Below, one piece after another: positions 36,364 to 50,659 of a DNA stretch of 64,000 nt (position 1 is the first letter of the stretch; each line of letters opens with the position of its first letter). A model generated the notes under the pieces. It saw only the letters and a program-made list of their open reading frames with translations, was not told the origin of the DNA and searched no databases. Position numbers and translations under genes: made by a program. The stretch comes from Utricularia gibba. Taxonomy: Eukaryota > Plantae > Magnoliophyta. The stretch covers positions 1,426,001 to 1,490,000 of the forward strand of contig NEEC01000002.1 of assembly GCA_002189035.1 (NCBI GenBank), given 5' to 3'.

Positions 36364-39300
36364 ATGGCGACGCCTGGGATTCAGAAGGCCGGTATATCGG
36401 TGATCTCTCCGGTGGCGGCTGATCCCAAGGGACACTCGACTCCATCTATAAGCCTCTCTTCACCGATTAGGATCTTTATGTTTTTTCACAAAGCGATTAG
36501 GGCGGAGCTGGAGGGGCTTCATCGCTTGGCCTTGGCTCTGGCTACCAATAGGAATGGTGGAGATGTGGAGCAGTTGACGGATAAGTGTCATTTCTTGAGG
36601 TCGATATACAAGCACCATTGTAATGCGGAGGATGAGGTCTGTCTTCCTCTTCTTTCTTCCGTTTTTGTGCAATTTTGTGGAAATAGTGGATGTTAAGGCT
36701 GTGAGTGGGTGAAATCTCTTGTGTCTTAAATTCTTGGGTTTCAAGTCTATGGGAGTTCTTACGCGATTTAGCTAGAATTCTCGTATGCCTTGGATATTGT
36801 GCATTTTGCAACTGACGCAGTGGTGGTGGATTGTGATTTCTTTCACTATTCAAACTATGGTTTATTAAAAATTGGTACATAGGTTGTCACTTTGGGCTTT
36901 CGGGAGCTTAGAATTATACATGTCATGGATAATGCCAAGTGCCATTAAGGATCGTTCGAGTTTGTGTTTTGCAATTTCTTTTGTCAGTTTGCACTGAATT
37001 TAACTTTTTCTCATTTTTACTTACATGCCCCAACCACACTTGTTCTGCTTGCTGTTGATACTAATTTCAGAATGCTAACGACAGGTTATATTTCCTGCAC
37101 TTGACATCCGTGTGAAGAATGTAGCACGAACATACTCCCTCGAGCATGCAGGTGAAAGTTTGCTCTTTGATCAGATGTTTGCGTTGTTGAGGTGCAACGA
37201 GAAAAATGAGGAAAGCTACCACCGGGAGTTGGCTTCCTGTACAGGAGCTCTGCAAACATCAATCAATCAGCATATGTCCAAGGAGGAAGAGCAGGTTCAT
37301 TTTGTTCTTTTTGGTAGTTACAAAGCAGAATCGTGAAAATTCATACGCCTGATGAGTGATGGGATAAGTTGTATCAGCTGAAGTCGCGGAATCAACACCT
37401 TCTTCATCTTGAGCCTGATAAATCGTGGATTCCTAGATCTTAGTTCTCTTTTTCTTTCTTTTGATTTGACAGGTGTTCCCCTTACTTAACAGCATGTTCT
37501 CATTTGAGGAGCAAGCATCACTAGCATGGCAGTTCTTGTGCAGCATTCCAGCAAATATGATGGCAGAATTTTTGCCATGGCTTTCATCATCAACTTCTCC
37601 TGATGAACGCCATGAGTTGCATGATTGCTTGCGTCGTATTATACCAGAAGAATACTTGCTGCAACAGGTTTGATGCGTCTCTTATAATGCTTTGTGTAAT
37701 ACAGCTCTTTTGCTCCGTTTAATTGAGCCATCCTTGTATTCGAAAAAGGTCATTTTCAATTGGATTGATGGGGAAAAAGTGAGCAACAAGCGTAAACGTT
37801 CTGATGATAATCTTGTACTTTCTGGTAATTCTCATAATGCCACTGAGAATGAGCACTACTCCTTTGAATATTCGATGAATGGGGAAAGAACAGTGTTCTC
37901 TGCTGGAACTTCTGCTAGGTGTTCAACACATCACCCTATCGATAATATATTGCATTGGCACAAGGCTATCCTGAAGGAACTGAGTGATATAGCTGAAGCA
38001 GCTAGAAGTATAAAAATTACTGGAGATTTCTCTGATCTACATGGCTTTAGCAAGCGACTTCAATTTATAGCTGAAGTGTGTATTTTCCATAGGTAACTTC
38101 CAAGTTTATTTCTATTATTTATCTTTTTTTTCCTCTAATTTTTATTGATAAGTTCTTTGAAGACATGGTTTTTTGTTATCATGGAATTAAATCATCGAAC
38201 CTATCAAATTGGCCTAGTAGTGGATTTGTGAAACCAATATATTCTGTGTGTCTTTGGTATTTTTGTTTGGTGATGATATTTTTATCTGTATGATTGACGA
38301 CTGGATTTCATTTATTACTCATGCAGCATTGCAGAAGACAAAGTTATATTCCCTGAAGTGGATGCAGAAGTCTCCTTTGCTGAGGAGCATGCAAGGGAAG
38401 AGGGTGAATTCGAAAAATTCCGATGGCTAGTAGAGAAAATTCAGAACGCTGGAGCTAACTCAGCTGCCGAATTTATTTCAGAATTGTGCTCTCTGGCTGA
38501 TAATATAATGGAGACAATTAAGAAGCATTTTCTTAATGAGGAAGTTCAGGTTTGCGGTTTGCTACTTTAAGGCCATCCTAGATATTTTTGCTTTAATTAT
38601 TTTCTTCAATTTGAAGATTTTTTCCTCTTTTTTTGTTTCGGGCAAGTGCATTGAAAGTACTCTGCAAAGATTGCTTTCTGTTACATGCTATCAGCTGTTA
38701 ATTAGCTATATCTTCCTACATCCTTCTGCGTTTTTCATGCAGTTAAAAGTCTTAAGATTTCATTTCATCTTCCTAAATTTCTTGCCAAAATGTGTTGCAG
38801 ATTCTTCCACTTGTCAGGAAGCATTTCAACCCTGAAAGACAGCGATGGCTTGTTTACCGAAGTTTGTGTGTAATGCCACTGAGATTGATTGAGTGTGTCT
38901 TACCATGGTTGGTTGGATCGATGAGTGAAGATGAAGCTAGATCCTTTCTCTGTAACATACATATGGCAGGTTTGCTGTGTTCCAATTTTTTTTATAGAGT
39001 AGCCTATGAAACTGCTAGTACTTATTATGTGCTCTGACTGCAGCGCCTGCACGTGATAGTGCTTTGGTAACTCTGTTCTCTGGTTGGGCATGCAAAGGGC
39101 GTTCATCTGGAACCTGTGTGTCTTTCAATGTCGGAGATCTCAAAGATTCGAAAGAGCAATTTTCCCAGTGTTGTCCTTTCTCTATCTTCGGTAGTACATC
39201 TAATGAGTCGGCAACTTCAGAACAGTCTGACAACTGCGAAAGGTTGTCCAAGCAGGCAAGCTTAAGTTGTTTGATAGAAAGTAGCAGCAGGATTCCCTAT

Positions 39301-41933
39301 CTCTCGGAATCTCCGAAAGCCTTGGTAGTAAACAAGACTTGTTTCGTTCCTGGATTAGGATTCAATAGTCAGAATATAGGGATGTCTCCACTGTCATCAG
39401 CAAGATCTCTGCGCACATTGTCTTTTGGTTCTAGTGCTCCCTGTCTCAATTCTAGTCTCTTCCACTGGGAAACCGACAATAAGTCAGAGTCAAGTACTGT
39501 TACAACCAGGCCAATTGATTACATTTTCAAGTTTCATATAGCAATTCGAAAAGATTTGGAATTTCTTGATGCCGAATGTGGGAAACTTCAGGATTGTGAT
39601 GAATCTTTTCTCAGGCAGTTCACTGGACGGTTTCGTCTATTATGGGGCTTGTATAAAGCTCATAGTAATGCAGAGGATGACATTGTATTCCCAGCATTAG
39701 AGTCAAGGGAAACTCTTCATAATGTTAGCCATTCTTACACATTGGACCACATGCAGGAAGAAAAGCTCTTTGAGGATATCTCTTCTGCCCTATCCATGCT
39801 CTCTCAACTTCTTGACAGTTTGAGTTCCAATAGTGTCGGAGGAGATATGTGTGAAGATTTATCTGGTGCATCTTCAAAAAGATATAAAGAATTGGCAACC
39901 AAGATTCAGGGTATGTGCAAATCGCTCAAGGTAACTCTAGATCATCACGTCACTAGAGAAGAAGTTGAACTGTGGCCGTTGTTTGACAGACATTTTTCCA
40001 TTGATGAACAAGACAAATTGGTCGGTCGCATTATTGGCACTACAGGTGCAGAAGTGCTTCAGACAATGCTACCTTGGGTCACATCTCCTCTTACTCAGGA
40101 GGAGCAGAATAGATTGATGGACACATGGAAAAATGCTACTAGAAACACAATGTTCAGTGAGTGGCTTGAGGAGTGGTGGGAGGTAAAGACAGGAGCCACC
40201 TCAAACATGCATACGTCAGATAATAGTGTCTTGGAAGGTACGGCAGACAAAATCTTCAGTGCGTCCATTTTTCATTCTCATTTAACGTAGATGTTCTTGA
40301 CTGGCAAGAAAAGTAAATGATTTGAGGGTAATCGAGCACTGAAATTTTCAGATAAAGAAGTACATGACTCCATGGGCCAACATGAGAATACGTTTAAGCC
40401 TGGGTGGAATGACATCTTCCGGATGAACCAGAACGAGCTTGAATCTGAGATCAGGAAAGTATCGCGTGATTCAACTCTTGATCCAAGAAGAAAAGCCTAT
40501 CTGATTCAAAACCTAATGACAAGGTACTGCTCACTGGCTAATTTCAGTTGTTTTTTGTTGGATCCTTTAGTCGTTCGTTCTGAATATCCTAGCACGTTTT
40601 CCATGGTCTGTTCAAAATTTCAGTCGGTGGATAGCAAGCCAGCAGAAGTGTTCACACTCAAAATCCAGTGAAGCCAGTGATGATGATTTGCATGGGCGTT
40701 CCCCATCCTTCTGGGATCCAGAGAAACAAATCTTTGGTTGTCAGCATTACAAAAGAAACTGCAAAGTTCGTGCAGCTTGCTGTGGGAAATTATTTGCATG
40801 CAGATTTTGCCATGATGAAGTCAGTGACCATACAATGGATAGGTAAACTCATGGAAAACAAAATATCTCTACGTTTTCGAAGTATGTTTGTGAAAAGCTC
40901 AACTTTTACGTCGCATCAGTGTGCTCTAAAATTCTGTTGTTTATACAGGAAGATGACATCTGAAATGATGTGTATGAAATGTCTAGAAATTCAACCTGTG
41001 GGCCCAGTTTGCTTAACCCCTTCATGTAATGGCTTTTCAATGGGGAAATACTACTGCAGCAGCTGCAAGTTCTTTGATGATGAACGGTGAACTTCTTCAA
41101 TGATTCCTTGACCTCTTCTCCGCTACATCAGACGTTCTAGCTAGCACCTTTTTATCTCCTTTCTTCAATGTTTTGTTAAATCCTCTTTGGCAGGGATGTT
41201 TATCACTGCCCTTTCTGCAATTTGTGCCGTGTTGGTAAAGGACTCGGCATTGACTTCTTCCATTGCATGAAATGCAACTGTTGCCTGGCAATGAAACTAG
41301 TCGACCACAAGTGCAGGGAGAAGGGTCTCGAAACTAACTGCCCCATATGTTGTGACTTTTTATTTACATCAAGTACAGCCGTCAGGGCTCTTCCATGCGG
41401 TCATTACATGCACTCTGCTTGTTTCCAGGTCATTCCTCTGTCTTTATCCATGCACCCTAAGAATGCCCATTTTTTTAACTGCTCCCTTCATGTTGCTCCC
41501 TCACCAGGCTTATGCCTGCACCCACTACATCTGCCCCATCTGCTGCAAGTCCATGGGAAACATGTCGGTAAGGGTCCACTGGTTCAACATTAAAACTGGA
41601 GTATCTGATACCTGTCTCCTGCTACCACTAAAAATCCTGTCTTTGTAGGTCTACTTCGGCATGCTGGACGCCCTGATGGCATCCGAAGTCCTCCCAGAAG
41701 AGTACAGAGACCGATGCCAGGTGACAATCCTTCCCCTGTCTCCCTTTTTTCCTATAGGCATCGCAAACAATGACATCAACTGGAGGCTTCGAAACCTGCA
41801 GGACATCCTATGCAACGACTGCGACAGAAAGGGGAGCGCGCCATACCATTGGCTGTACCACAAGTGTGGGCTGTGTGGCTCATACAATACCAGAGTAATA
41901 AAGGTTGAAAGTAGCTGCTCTCTCCCTCCATAG
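36364..41933 (+). CDS. BTS: Zinc finger protein BRUTUS (3 hemerythrin domains, CHY and RING zinc fingers, zinc ribbon); iron-sensing E3 ligase
   Basis: [32 protein letters not shown]; [19 protein letters not shown]; [25 protein letters not shown]; [23 protein letters not shown]; [19 protein letters not shown]; [15 protein letters not shown]. Checked exons keep frame. Confidence 0.96.
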
Positions 41934-42386
41934 ATTCAGCATGCCTGAGCAACAAGTAGTTTTTCCTTTGCCCAACACACCGCCGCCGCAGCTGCTCAGC
42001 TCTCCTGTACATTTTGCCATGGCGCACCATACCCACTGTGTAACAACTACTGAAGCTCCCCCCTTCCGTACAGGCACCGCCCACTGTTGCAGGCATGGAG
42101 AGATATTAAAGGCAAATTGAATTTGATTTTAATTCTTGAAATTCAAAATATGACATATGTGGATGATTTCCCCAGTTCGGATATGCTTCCATAATGTGAG
42201 GAATTTGTAAGTATTAATGTAATATATAATATATTTATTTTTATATTGTTTTATAATGTAGAAGAGAAGCGTACGGCTCTGGGTCGACGCGGCAACGGAC
42301 GCGTCGATACGCACCGCTGAGCTGAGGGCACTACAAATCATCCCGCTCCTTTCCACGTTTCTCTGCACAGAGAAGCGGGTCGCGAA

Positions 42387-43335
42387 ATGGAGGAGAAGAG
42401 GGTGATGGTAGCGATTGACGACAGTGAGACGAGCTTGTGTGCTCTGAAATGGGCGCTCGAGAATCTACGCGAGAGTATCCAGGATTCTAAGATCTTCATT
42501 TTCACGGCTCAGCCGATGGATGACATGAAGTACATTTACGCTTCAGCTCATGGGGCTGCGCGTACGTTTCCCTTTGTAGCTCATTTCTATACGGTTTGGT
42601 TTGGGACTGAATTTTGGAGAATAGTGTATGCCCCTGCTGCAGCTGCTGAGTTGGTCAGATTTGTGCAAGAGAATCATAGGAAAGTTGCGGAATCCTTGTT
42701 GGAGAAAGCCAAGAAGATTTGCGATAAATTTGGGGTATTGTTGTTCTTTTTAGTTTGGTAATTGGTTTCGGAAAATGTTTCGGTTGCCCCTTTTAGGTTT
42801 CTGCTGAGACTTACACGGAGCCCGGAGATCCCAAGGACGCTATATGCAAAGCTGTGGAATCCCATGAAATCGAACTGCTAGTCGTTGGCAGCCACGGCCG
42901 GAAAGCCATTGAGAGGTTATTACAATTCTTATTCCTAGAAATGCTTCTCGGTTCCTGGGATCCTGTAGGTTTACTTTCAGTACTCGAAATTGCTTCTAGC
43001 TGGATCATCTGTGCGTGCTAGCTACATTGGCCAGCTTAGGTTGTTTTTAGTTGGGCCAGTGTGGGAGATGGTAATATTGATGCTTGGGGTCTTGATCAAT
43101 GGAACCCAGTGCTTGATCTCTGGGTTCCATCAAACTCAAAGTGCTCGCTGGTTCCTTCTCTATGAGAACACACTTGGTTCCAACTAGAAATGCTTAGTAT
43201 TTATTCATTGTTCATGGCGCTAAATCTGTGATTTTGCTCTGTGGGGGAACTCTCAGAGCCTTCCTGGGAAGTGTCAGCAATTACTGCGTTCACAATGCAA
43301 GGTGCTCTGTTCTTGTCGTCAGGAAGAAGAAGTGA
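42387..43335 (+). CDS. Universal stress protein A-like, 4 exons
   Basis: RVMVAIDDSETSLCALKWAL..; GDPKDAICKAVE..IELLVVGSHGRKAIERAFLGSVSNYCVHNARCSVLVVRKKK*. Confidence 0.93.
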
Positions 43336-44255
43336 AGGCAAGGCAAGGACTGCTTCCGTCCGTACACCCTGTAATAACGTCATCAGTCTAGGTTTCTCTT
43401 ATTATCTCATTAATAGTATTGTTTAATAAATGAACAGCGTTAGCCCATTTTTGTTTGATTTTCTCACCATTCACAAAATGCCACGTCGTTTCTCCTTTTT
43501 AATCTCTTTTTTTCAGCAATTTCCGCCGTGTTTCATCATTTCTAAATTTACCTATCCTTATTTTATATTTCGTTTATTAAAATAACAAATTAATATTCAT
43601 GGTAATCAGTTTTTTTCATATAGATTTATAAAATGACTATATTTGTAAATTACCCCCGTTTTAATATCCAAAAAAAATAAATTCACATTATGAACCCTAA
43701 ATTCAAAACTCTAAATTTTAAAATTTTGAATTTTGAGTGCTAAATCATAAACCGTAAATCATCAATATAAATTAATTAATAATATATTTATATTTTATAG
43801 AATAATATTAAAAATATATTTGATACATTGAAACTATAAATATATATTAAAACTATTATTATATTTGATAATTATATTTAAAATTAATGGAGAAAAATTA
43901 ATATTCATTTGATTAAGAAGTTACGTAATTATTTTTCAAAATGTGACTATATTGAATAATTTATTTCGATCAAACAAACGAAATATTCATCATACTTTAG
44001 ATCCCAATTTTTAATAAACGCTATTCAGTAAACAAATACATACAAATTCGATAGTGAATTATGTATGATCAAGGTGATGGTGTAATGTATAAATTGTATG
44101 ACTGAAAATTTAATTTCTTTAAATAGAAAGCTCAAATGGGGATTTACACAATGCCTGGGGACTGGGAAGTGTTTTTTAATTTCAAAGATATAATATATTT
44201 ATATATTATTATTATTATATATATAGACAGCTGGAAATAGCTGTAAATAGAAAAC

Positions 44256-45188
44256 CTACCCCATCAAGAAGTCCCTCACAATCTTCACGCTTGGTTTCAC
44301 CACCTGCGTTTCCCAGGCCTCCGCCGCCATCCTCCCATCGCCGCTCATCTTTGCCGTCAGGGCCGCCGTCGCATCCACCTTCCGCACGTCCCATCCGCCC
44401 TCGTCCCTCAACCGTACGATCTTCCTCCGTTGGTTCTCCGCCAGCCGACACGTGTTCTCCTTAATGGCTCTGATTGCGTCCTCGTACGCCGCCCTGTTGC
44501 CTCCGCCGTCGTAATCGTAGCTGAAAAACTCCTCGAACTCCGCTACTCCGATAGCTTTCTCCAGTCCACATTTCGTATTCCCTCGATTTCGGAAATACTC
44601 TTTTAATTCTTCATACATTCCCGATTCGAGCATTTCGTCGACTCGTTTCTCCAACCATTGATTCAGAACGGGTAAATCGACGTCGACCCAGAGGAAGCAG
44701 CACCTGTATCGCAGCTCCCTGCAGAAACTACCGTTTAATTCGTCGAATACGTCGACGTTGGGGTCGAAATGCTTCGCCGCCATCGCGTTTATGAATGAAT
44801 TAGAGCCGCCCACTAGAAAAGGAACACCCCAGGCGCCTGAGACTATCCGCGAAGCGGAGTCCCTGAAATCGGAGGCCGTGAACTCGGGCCGCGATTCCGA
44901 AGGCACGAAATCGCCGAGGAGGTGGTGGCGGACGTTTTTCCGGTCGTGGACTGGGATTTTGTTGGTGGTGATATCGAGGCCGCAGTAAACTTGGATTTTA
45001 TCGGCGTTGATGATCTCCGAGGTGGGAAAGAATCGTGAAATCAAGTCCACCGAGAGCTTGGTTTTCCCGCAGCCCGTCGGTCCCATAATGACGACGAGTT
45101 CCGCGGCGGCGAAGCATTTCGAGGGAGTTCTACGGTACGGGCAAAGAGACGACCGGGCTTCCCTTGCGAAGAACAGTAATCTACTCAT
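44256..45188 (-). CDS. IPT: Adenylate isopentenyltransferase (cytokinin synthase, IPT1-like), intronless
   Basis: 310 aa; VVIMGPTGCGKTKLS P-loop, EIINADKIQVY.GLDITTNK, HHLLG, GGSNSF, CCFLWVD, RVDEMLESG, KAIGVAEF, IKENTCRLA..Q..KI. Confidence 0.93.
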   Translation of the reverse strand: MSRLLFFAREARSSLCPYRRTPSKCFAAAELVVIMGPTGCGKTKLSVDLISRFFPTSEIINADKIQVYCGLDITTNKIPVHDRKNVRHHLLGDFVPSESRPEFTASDFRDSASRIVSGAWGVPFLVGGSNSFINAMAAKHFDPNVDVFDELNGSFCRELRYRCCFLWVDVDLPVLNQWLEKRVDEMLESGMYEELKEYFRNRGNTKCGLEKAIGVAEFEEFFSYDYDGGGNRAAYEDAIRAIKENTCRLAENQRRKIVRLRDEGGWDVRKVDATAALTAKMSGDGRMAAEAWETQVVKPSVKIVRDFLMG

Positions 45189-46107
45189 AAGGAAAGAAAA
45201 CTACCCGTTCAAACGTAATGATCCACAGTGACGGAAGGGTGTACGTGCACCTCACCCTATTTAAACCCTCCAATTGCATGGGACCGAATCCGGTCCGCTC
45301 GGTCCAACCACCTGCTTCTTTTTTTCCTTTTCAAACTAAAGAGAGAAAAATGCCTTGACGATAGATAAACCCGTTCCGTTTTCACAATCCTTTTGGAAAG
45401 GCAGGACTCGAACCGGACCAGAATTTCTTCTTCCCATGCGGACCGGTCACATGAGAACATTCTGAATCCATCTTTTACATTTCTTTCCAACGTTTTCAGT
45501 AGTCCACATGGAGGAAACTTCAAGAAAGTGGAAAAGAACCCAGAAACAGACTCGGGGACACTTCAAACCCATCTCCAAAGGATTTGGATCCCAAGGCAAG
45601 GGCCAAGGTGCCCTTTTTCTTACTCCGTGAACCGGAAATGAACCCCGGGCTATGCGGCTCCATGAACCGAACCAGTTGGACCGCCAATTTGAAAGCTGCT
45701 AACTTGTACGGACAGACTGGTTTAGCAGGATAGCAGGTGCCTAGTTGTACGGATAAAGCAATGGGCCCGGAGCCAGATAGTACGGTGAAACATTTTTTAA
45801 ATAGATATTTATTTTGAAAAAAAGAAAAAGATTTGATTTTTCAGAATTCGGTTTTAAAATTAAGCGCTGTCTTACCGGTTGCAACAAAGCGTTCCTTTGA
45901 CCGTTTGCCTTTCATGTACAAAATAATTGAAAATATATATTTATACTACAATATAATATTTTCAAGTTAATGTTCGAAATTCGAAAAAAATTTTGAATTT
46001 CAAAAATAGAAATTTCGAGAAGATGAATGAAATTTTGAAAATGTAAAAATTAATATAATATATTTTATTGCAAGTAAAAATTCATGGCATTAAGAAATAG
46101 TAATTCA

Positions 46108-46127
46108 ATATATATATATATATATAT
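46108..46127. repeat. (AT)10 microsatellite
   Basis: Read directly from sequence. Confidence 0.85.
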
Positions 46128-46919
46128 TTTTGCAATATAATAAATGTATTATTTTTGGATTTTTATTTAGAAAACCGCTATATTCGTCTGAAAATTTTAT
46201 TAAAAGAAATAGAAATATTTGAATACTCAGTATGAAGTCAACGTTGATTCCATACTGCATGAAAAGCATGTATTCGAAGAGGAGAAAAGAATGATCCGAC
46301 CAACCGCAGGCGGCTGTCGGTCACGTAAAGGTTATATAAACGCATCATCGGAAACGTCCTAAAGATGCGACCGGAAGGCGGAAAGGTTAAAGAAGTTTCA
46401 GGCCGATACCGTTTTTCTGCCGACCTGCTCTTAGCTTATTTGCTGCGTTCGATTTGTCATAAAGATAACCGATGCTTTTCTCCGATTGGGCCCCTCGTCT
46501 GGGGAGGAGGATCTCACATTGCCGACACCGAATGGTAAATGGCGCCGTGATGGCCTGGCCGTCTTGTGCTGCGGATCAGTGAGGCCCATTAATTGGTGAG
46601 AAACGGCCAATTGGTGGGCCGGTGGATGTGTCTGGCCCAGGGATGAGCCCATGAGGGCCGCCGTCGCGTCTGCGTCTCAGGACTGGATGGGATGGTTTGG
46701 TCCATTCCTTATATGGGTTTTAACTCAGGCCGATATGTTTGCTGTGAAGTTTGATCGCCTGGATCCATTTCAGAATTGGGGTATTGTTTTGCTGAATTAT
46801 TCGGGTCAAACCTGGTTCTAAGACGTTTGATTTTTGTGTGTAAATCATCGATTCGTCTGATAATCACTTGCTGGAAACAAGATTGCGGGTGTTGAATTGA
46901 GCTCTCGAACGACACCACG

Positions 46920-48488
46920 ATGTCTGTGCTGCATCAAATGTTCAACAGGGGAATTCTTGGAGCGAAGTGGTATTGTTGAATATCTTTTTTCCTTCCCTGG
47001 TGCTTCTTTTATGGAAGAAGCTCTGAATCGCAGTGCATTTAGTTATTTGATGTTTCCCCTTTTTCTGTTAGGGCGTGGGGATTAAGGTTTCAAATTCAGT
47101 TGAAATTGTTATGTGTAGTGTTCATGGGATTTTTTTTAGATGAATTATCCTGCTGCTTGAAATATTTCTAGTGAAAATGCTCTTCTTGATTGCTCCTAAA
47201 CTGGGTTTTAGTATTGATTCTCCTTTCTGTAGGATCATGAGCTTCTTACTGTATGACGAAGAATTTTGTTATTGTTTGCAGTAAAACATGCTTAACCCTG
47301 GCAATCTCACGAATAAAGCTGTTGCAAAACAAGCGGGATGTGAATTTGAAGCTGATGAGAAAAGAGATAGCTGAATTTCTGCAGGCTGGGCAAGAAGCCA
47401 TAGCTCGGATTAGAGTACTAAATCTATATCTGTTCTGTGATGTTGCCCAAAGAATCTGGCTTCATTTTGATGATGCTCTGTTGTCAGGTGGAGCATGTTA
47501 TTCGGGAACAAAACACATGGGAGGCATATGAGATATTGGAGTTGTTCTGTGAATTTGTTCTTGCACGCGTCCCTATTCTTGAGACCCAGAGGTCAGTGAA
47601 CCCCTTTAGACTGTAGATAAAGTGAGTTTCTTGATGCACAAGGAAGCAGAATAGACTCTTGGGCTTTACTTTTTTGGGTATTGCGTATTGCATTTGCCGC
47701 ACATATTATTGCCTTTTAACAACTGAAATCAGGGAATGCCCTACCGAGCTCCAGGAGGCTGTGGCGAGCATAATTTTTTCAGCTCCAAGATGCTCTGACG
47801 TGCCTGACCTGATGAATGTTCGGAACATGTTTGCTTCAAAATATGGGAAGGAATTTGTTGCTGCTGCATCTGAGCTACGGCCGGACACCAGCGTCAATCG
47901 CACAGTTAGTTCTTCTTTGATTAGCTACACACCCCACTTAGTTTAACAGCATCCCACATTTACGCAACTCTGCAGATAGTTGAAAAGCTCTCTGTAGGCG
48001 CTCCATCTCCTGATCTGAAGCTTAAAGCGCTGAAGGACATTGCACATGAATATAACATCAGATGGGATTCCACTGAAACAGAGAAAGAATTCAGCAAGAA
48101 ACCCGAGGATCTTCTGGTAACATACACTGGTTTATATCCACTTCCTTCTGGTATATTTTATCTCATGCTTCAAGAATCCAGTTTTATTTGATGCACGTTT
48201 CAGAATGGCCCAAAACAAGTAACAGCACCACCTCAGTCACTTCAAAGGTCTGGAACTCAGAATGATTTCATACAGCCTGTGGCAGCTTCAAACGGCGATC
48301 ATGCTGCCAAGTCTCCTTCACACCCCAGAAGCTCTTCCGTCGAAGCTCCTCGTGTAGTCGGATCATCATCAGATGATCACCAGGCATCAGATGCACTGCA
48401 AAGGGCCCGTGCTGCTATTGCTGCAGCTGAGCGTGCTTCGGCCGCCGCCCGCTCCGCCGCCGAGTTGGTGAAGTCTTTGAAACCGTAG
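46920..48488 (+). CDS. IST1-like regulator of Vps4 (ESCRT-III), 6 exons
   Basis: MSVLHQMFNRGILGAKCKTCLTLAISRIKLLQNKRD..MRKEIAEFLQAGQEAIARIRVEHVIREQN..AYEILELFCEFVLARVP..RECPTELQEAVASIIFSAPRCSDVPDL; ends RARAAIAAAERASAAARSAAELVKSLKP*. Confidence 0.93.
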
Positions 48489-49789
48489 TATACCCCGGTC
48501 CGGCTTTTGATCCATTTCTTATAGTCAATTGAACCGTTCTTTTTCTTCAACCCGGTTCGGAATGTAAACCGCCAGCGGTATGAGACCGGGGCAAGGTGCA
48601 TAATAAATAACGTTTTGCCCTCCGCGTGGGGCCTCTACTTCATGTTCTTTTTTAAATATAAAATAATTTAATTTAAATATAATAATTTATTTTTGAAAAA
48701 TATTGCGTGAAGAAATGGGGGAGGAGCGTACATATTCCGGCAGTACGTACGGTCACGAGCTCCTCCTCCAGTTTCATTTTCCGGGAGGCGATCCCCAAGC
48801 TTTACGTGTTCGACATGATGACCGATTGCTGTGTTGGATTTCTCAGGGGGAGGAAAAGATGTTCTTCGACATCTTTACCTGATTTGATGTTCAGAAAGAA
48901 TTGGGGAGTGGGGTACAGCGGTGTGTGACTGTGATGTTACCCGCCGCCGAAGGCGAGTTGGGAGGAAGTCTAGTCACGAGTGCCGTGTAGAGAGAATCCC
49001 CGATAAATTAATACGAATATTTTGTATTAATGTGGTTAGCAAGTATGGCTGAGGGCGTTTAAGCTCTCAATGGCGTCTCTTTCGTCTGGTTATAAATAAT
49101 ACGGACTCTCACCATCTTCCCACTTCCTCTTATTCTCTGCCGGACACACCCTTAATTCTATTCTCTTGTTGGTCTTCTCTGTTTCCAAGTTGATTCTTTC
49201 TTTCTTTGTCCTCTTAGCTTTTAATTCTTCCTTAGGATTCACTATTCCGCAAGTTTGTATAGTTGCTTGTGGTAATTCTAGATCCTCGTACCTGTTCTTT
49301 GTAAGGTGGGTCAGCTGATTCGCTTCCGTGTTCGATTCGTGTGCCATTTTCTCGATTTGTTTTGGCTCTGAATGGGTGGTTGATATGGGTACCGCCAAAT
49401 CGTGGTTGATTCTTCAAAGCTGGTTTCTTTTTTTCAATTTTGTGCCATTGAAAGCGGAATTCAAAAGATCCTGTCCGGATCGCTTGAATGATGAAAAAAA
49501 TAGAGGGGGATTTTGTTACATTTGACTTTGTGTCTCCACCGTGAAGGGATTTGTTTGTTGTCCCTAAGATCACGGAGCTGATTTCTATTTCACCGCTGCT
49601 TCTGAAAACCATTTAGACAATCATGATTCAGGTTCTTAGTCAGATCCGTTCAGTTTTCTTGGATGTACTAAGTTATCAATTCGTGTTCAAATTTGAATCT
49701 GGATTCTAGTATTTGCTTACTTGTGTATATGTTGATGACAGATTTATATTTCCTTTCATAACTGCAGGTCCTCCTCCTGTATCAGACAT

Positions 49790-50659
49790 ATGAAAATGAG
49801 TTCTTGTGCCATTCAGAAGAACAGGTTTGCTACACTTGAAGATGCCTGGACAAGACCACTTGCGGTTTCCAGATCTGTCGAAAAGAAGGGTCCAGTGGTT
49901 TGTCCGAAACCACAGCGACTTGGTCTAATCCAGGGTATGGCTGACCCATCCCGTGCAAGACCCTTCAGGTTGCTTGTTAGGTAAAATCACTTTACTCCAT
50001 CTTGTAGCTCCAATCGTGTTGCTTGGCCATTTGTATCTGAAAGCTGTTTTCTTGTTGATTTCTGTAACAGGCAACAACTAGAAGATGGTGATGTGAAGGC
50101 TGGAAATGAGTTGTTGCACATAATTCTTTCAAAGGTTGGTTCTTCTTTCAGTTTATCAGTTTTTTAGGCAAGAAGAAACCCAAACCATAAGACTTCATCC
50201 TGGAGATTCAATCTCCAACATCCCAAAACATCAGTCCTCGCTCTAGATGCAGGCCAAGTGAACGAATCAGGACAACTCTATTGTGATTTAGTAATGAGTT
50301 TTCAGTGTAATGAATCAGGGCAACTCTATTGTTTCTGCTACTTGGTGAAGTAACGAATCAGGATATTGGATTCGCAGGATGGTAGCAGTGGCACAGATCA
50401 TTCTTTTCATGACATGGCTTCGTCGTCGCCCCCATTTTTTTCCGGGTCACCGCCGAGCAGAGTCTCTAACCCTCAGATTCAAGATGCTCGATTCGGGGAC
50501 GAGACGTTCACCCCCGTTTCGCCGGCTCCGCCTGGGGTATCTCCGGCCCGTGCTCGGACAAAGCTCAGCAACAGCCCCGCCATGAGGGTCGAAGGCTTTG
50601 AATGCCTCAACAGGGGCCGTAGGCCGAGCTGCAGCAGCAGCGTCCCTGCGTTGGCATGA
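49790..50659 (+). CDS. Uncharacterised conserved plant protein (At1g13390/At1g68490-like), 3 coding exons
   Basis: Motifs PVVCPKPQRLG, AGNELLHIILSK, SSSPPFFSGSPPSRVSNP.IQDARF, RVEGFECL, and terminal ..SVPALA*. Long intron-containing 5' leader from ~49000. Confidence 0.8.
50261..50363. repeat. Three diverged copies of a ~24-nt motif in an intron
   Basis: aacgaatcaggacaactctattgt (50261), aatgaatcagggcaactctattgt (50309), aacgaatcagga (50352). Confidence 0.65.

Noticed and set aside
43690-43765. Degenerate CCCTAAA-like repeats as an interstitial telomere
   Set aside because: Only one near-perfect unit within low-complexity AT-rich DNA.
48707-49100. 73-aa ORF and a 9-codon uORF upstream of the At1g13390-like gene as conserved peptide uORFs
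   Set aside because: No motif I recognise; conservation cannot be assessed without alignments.
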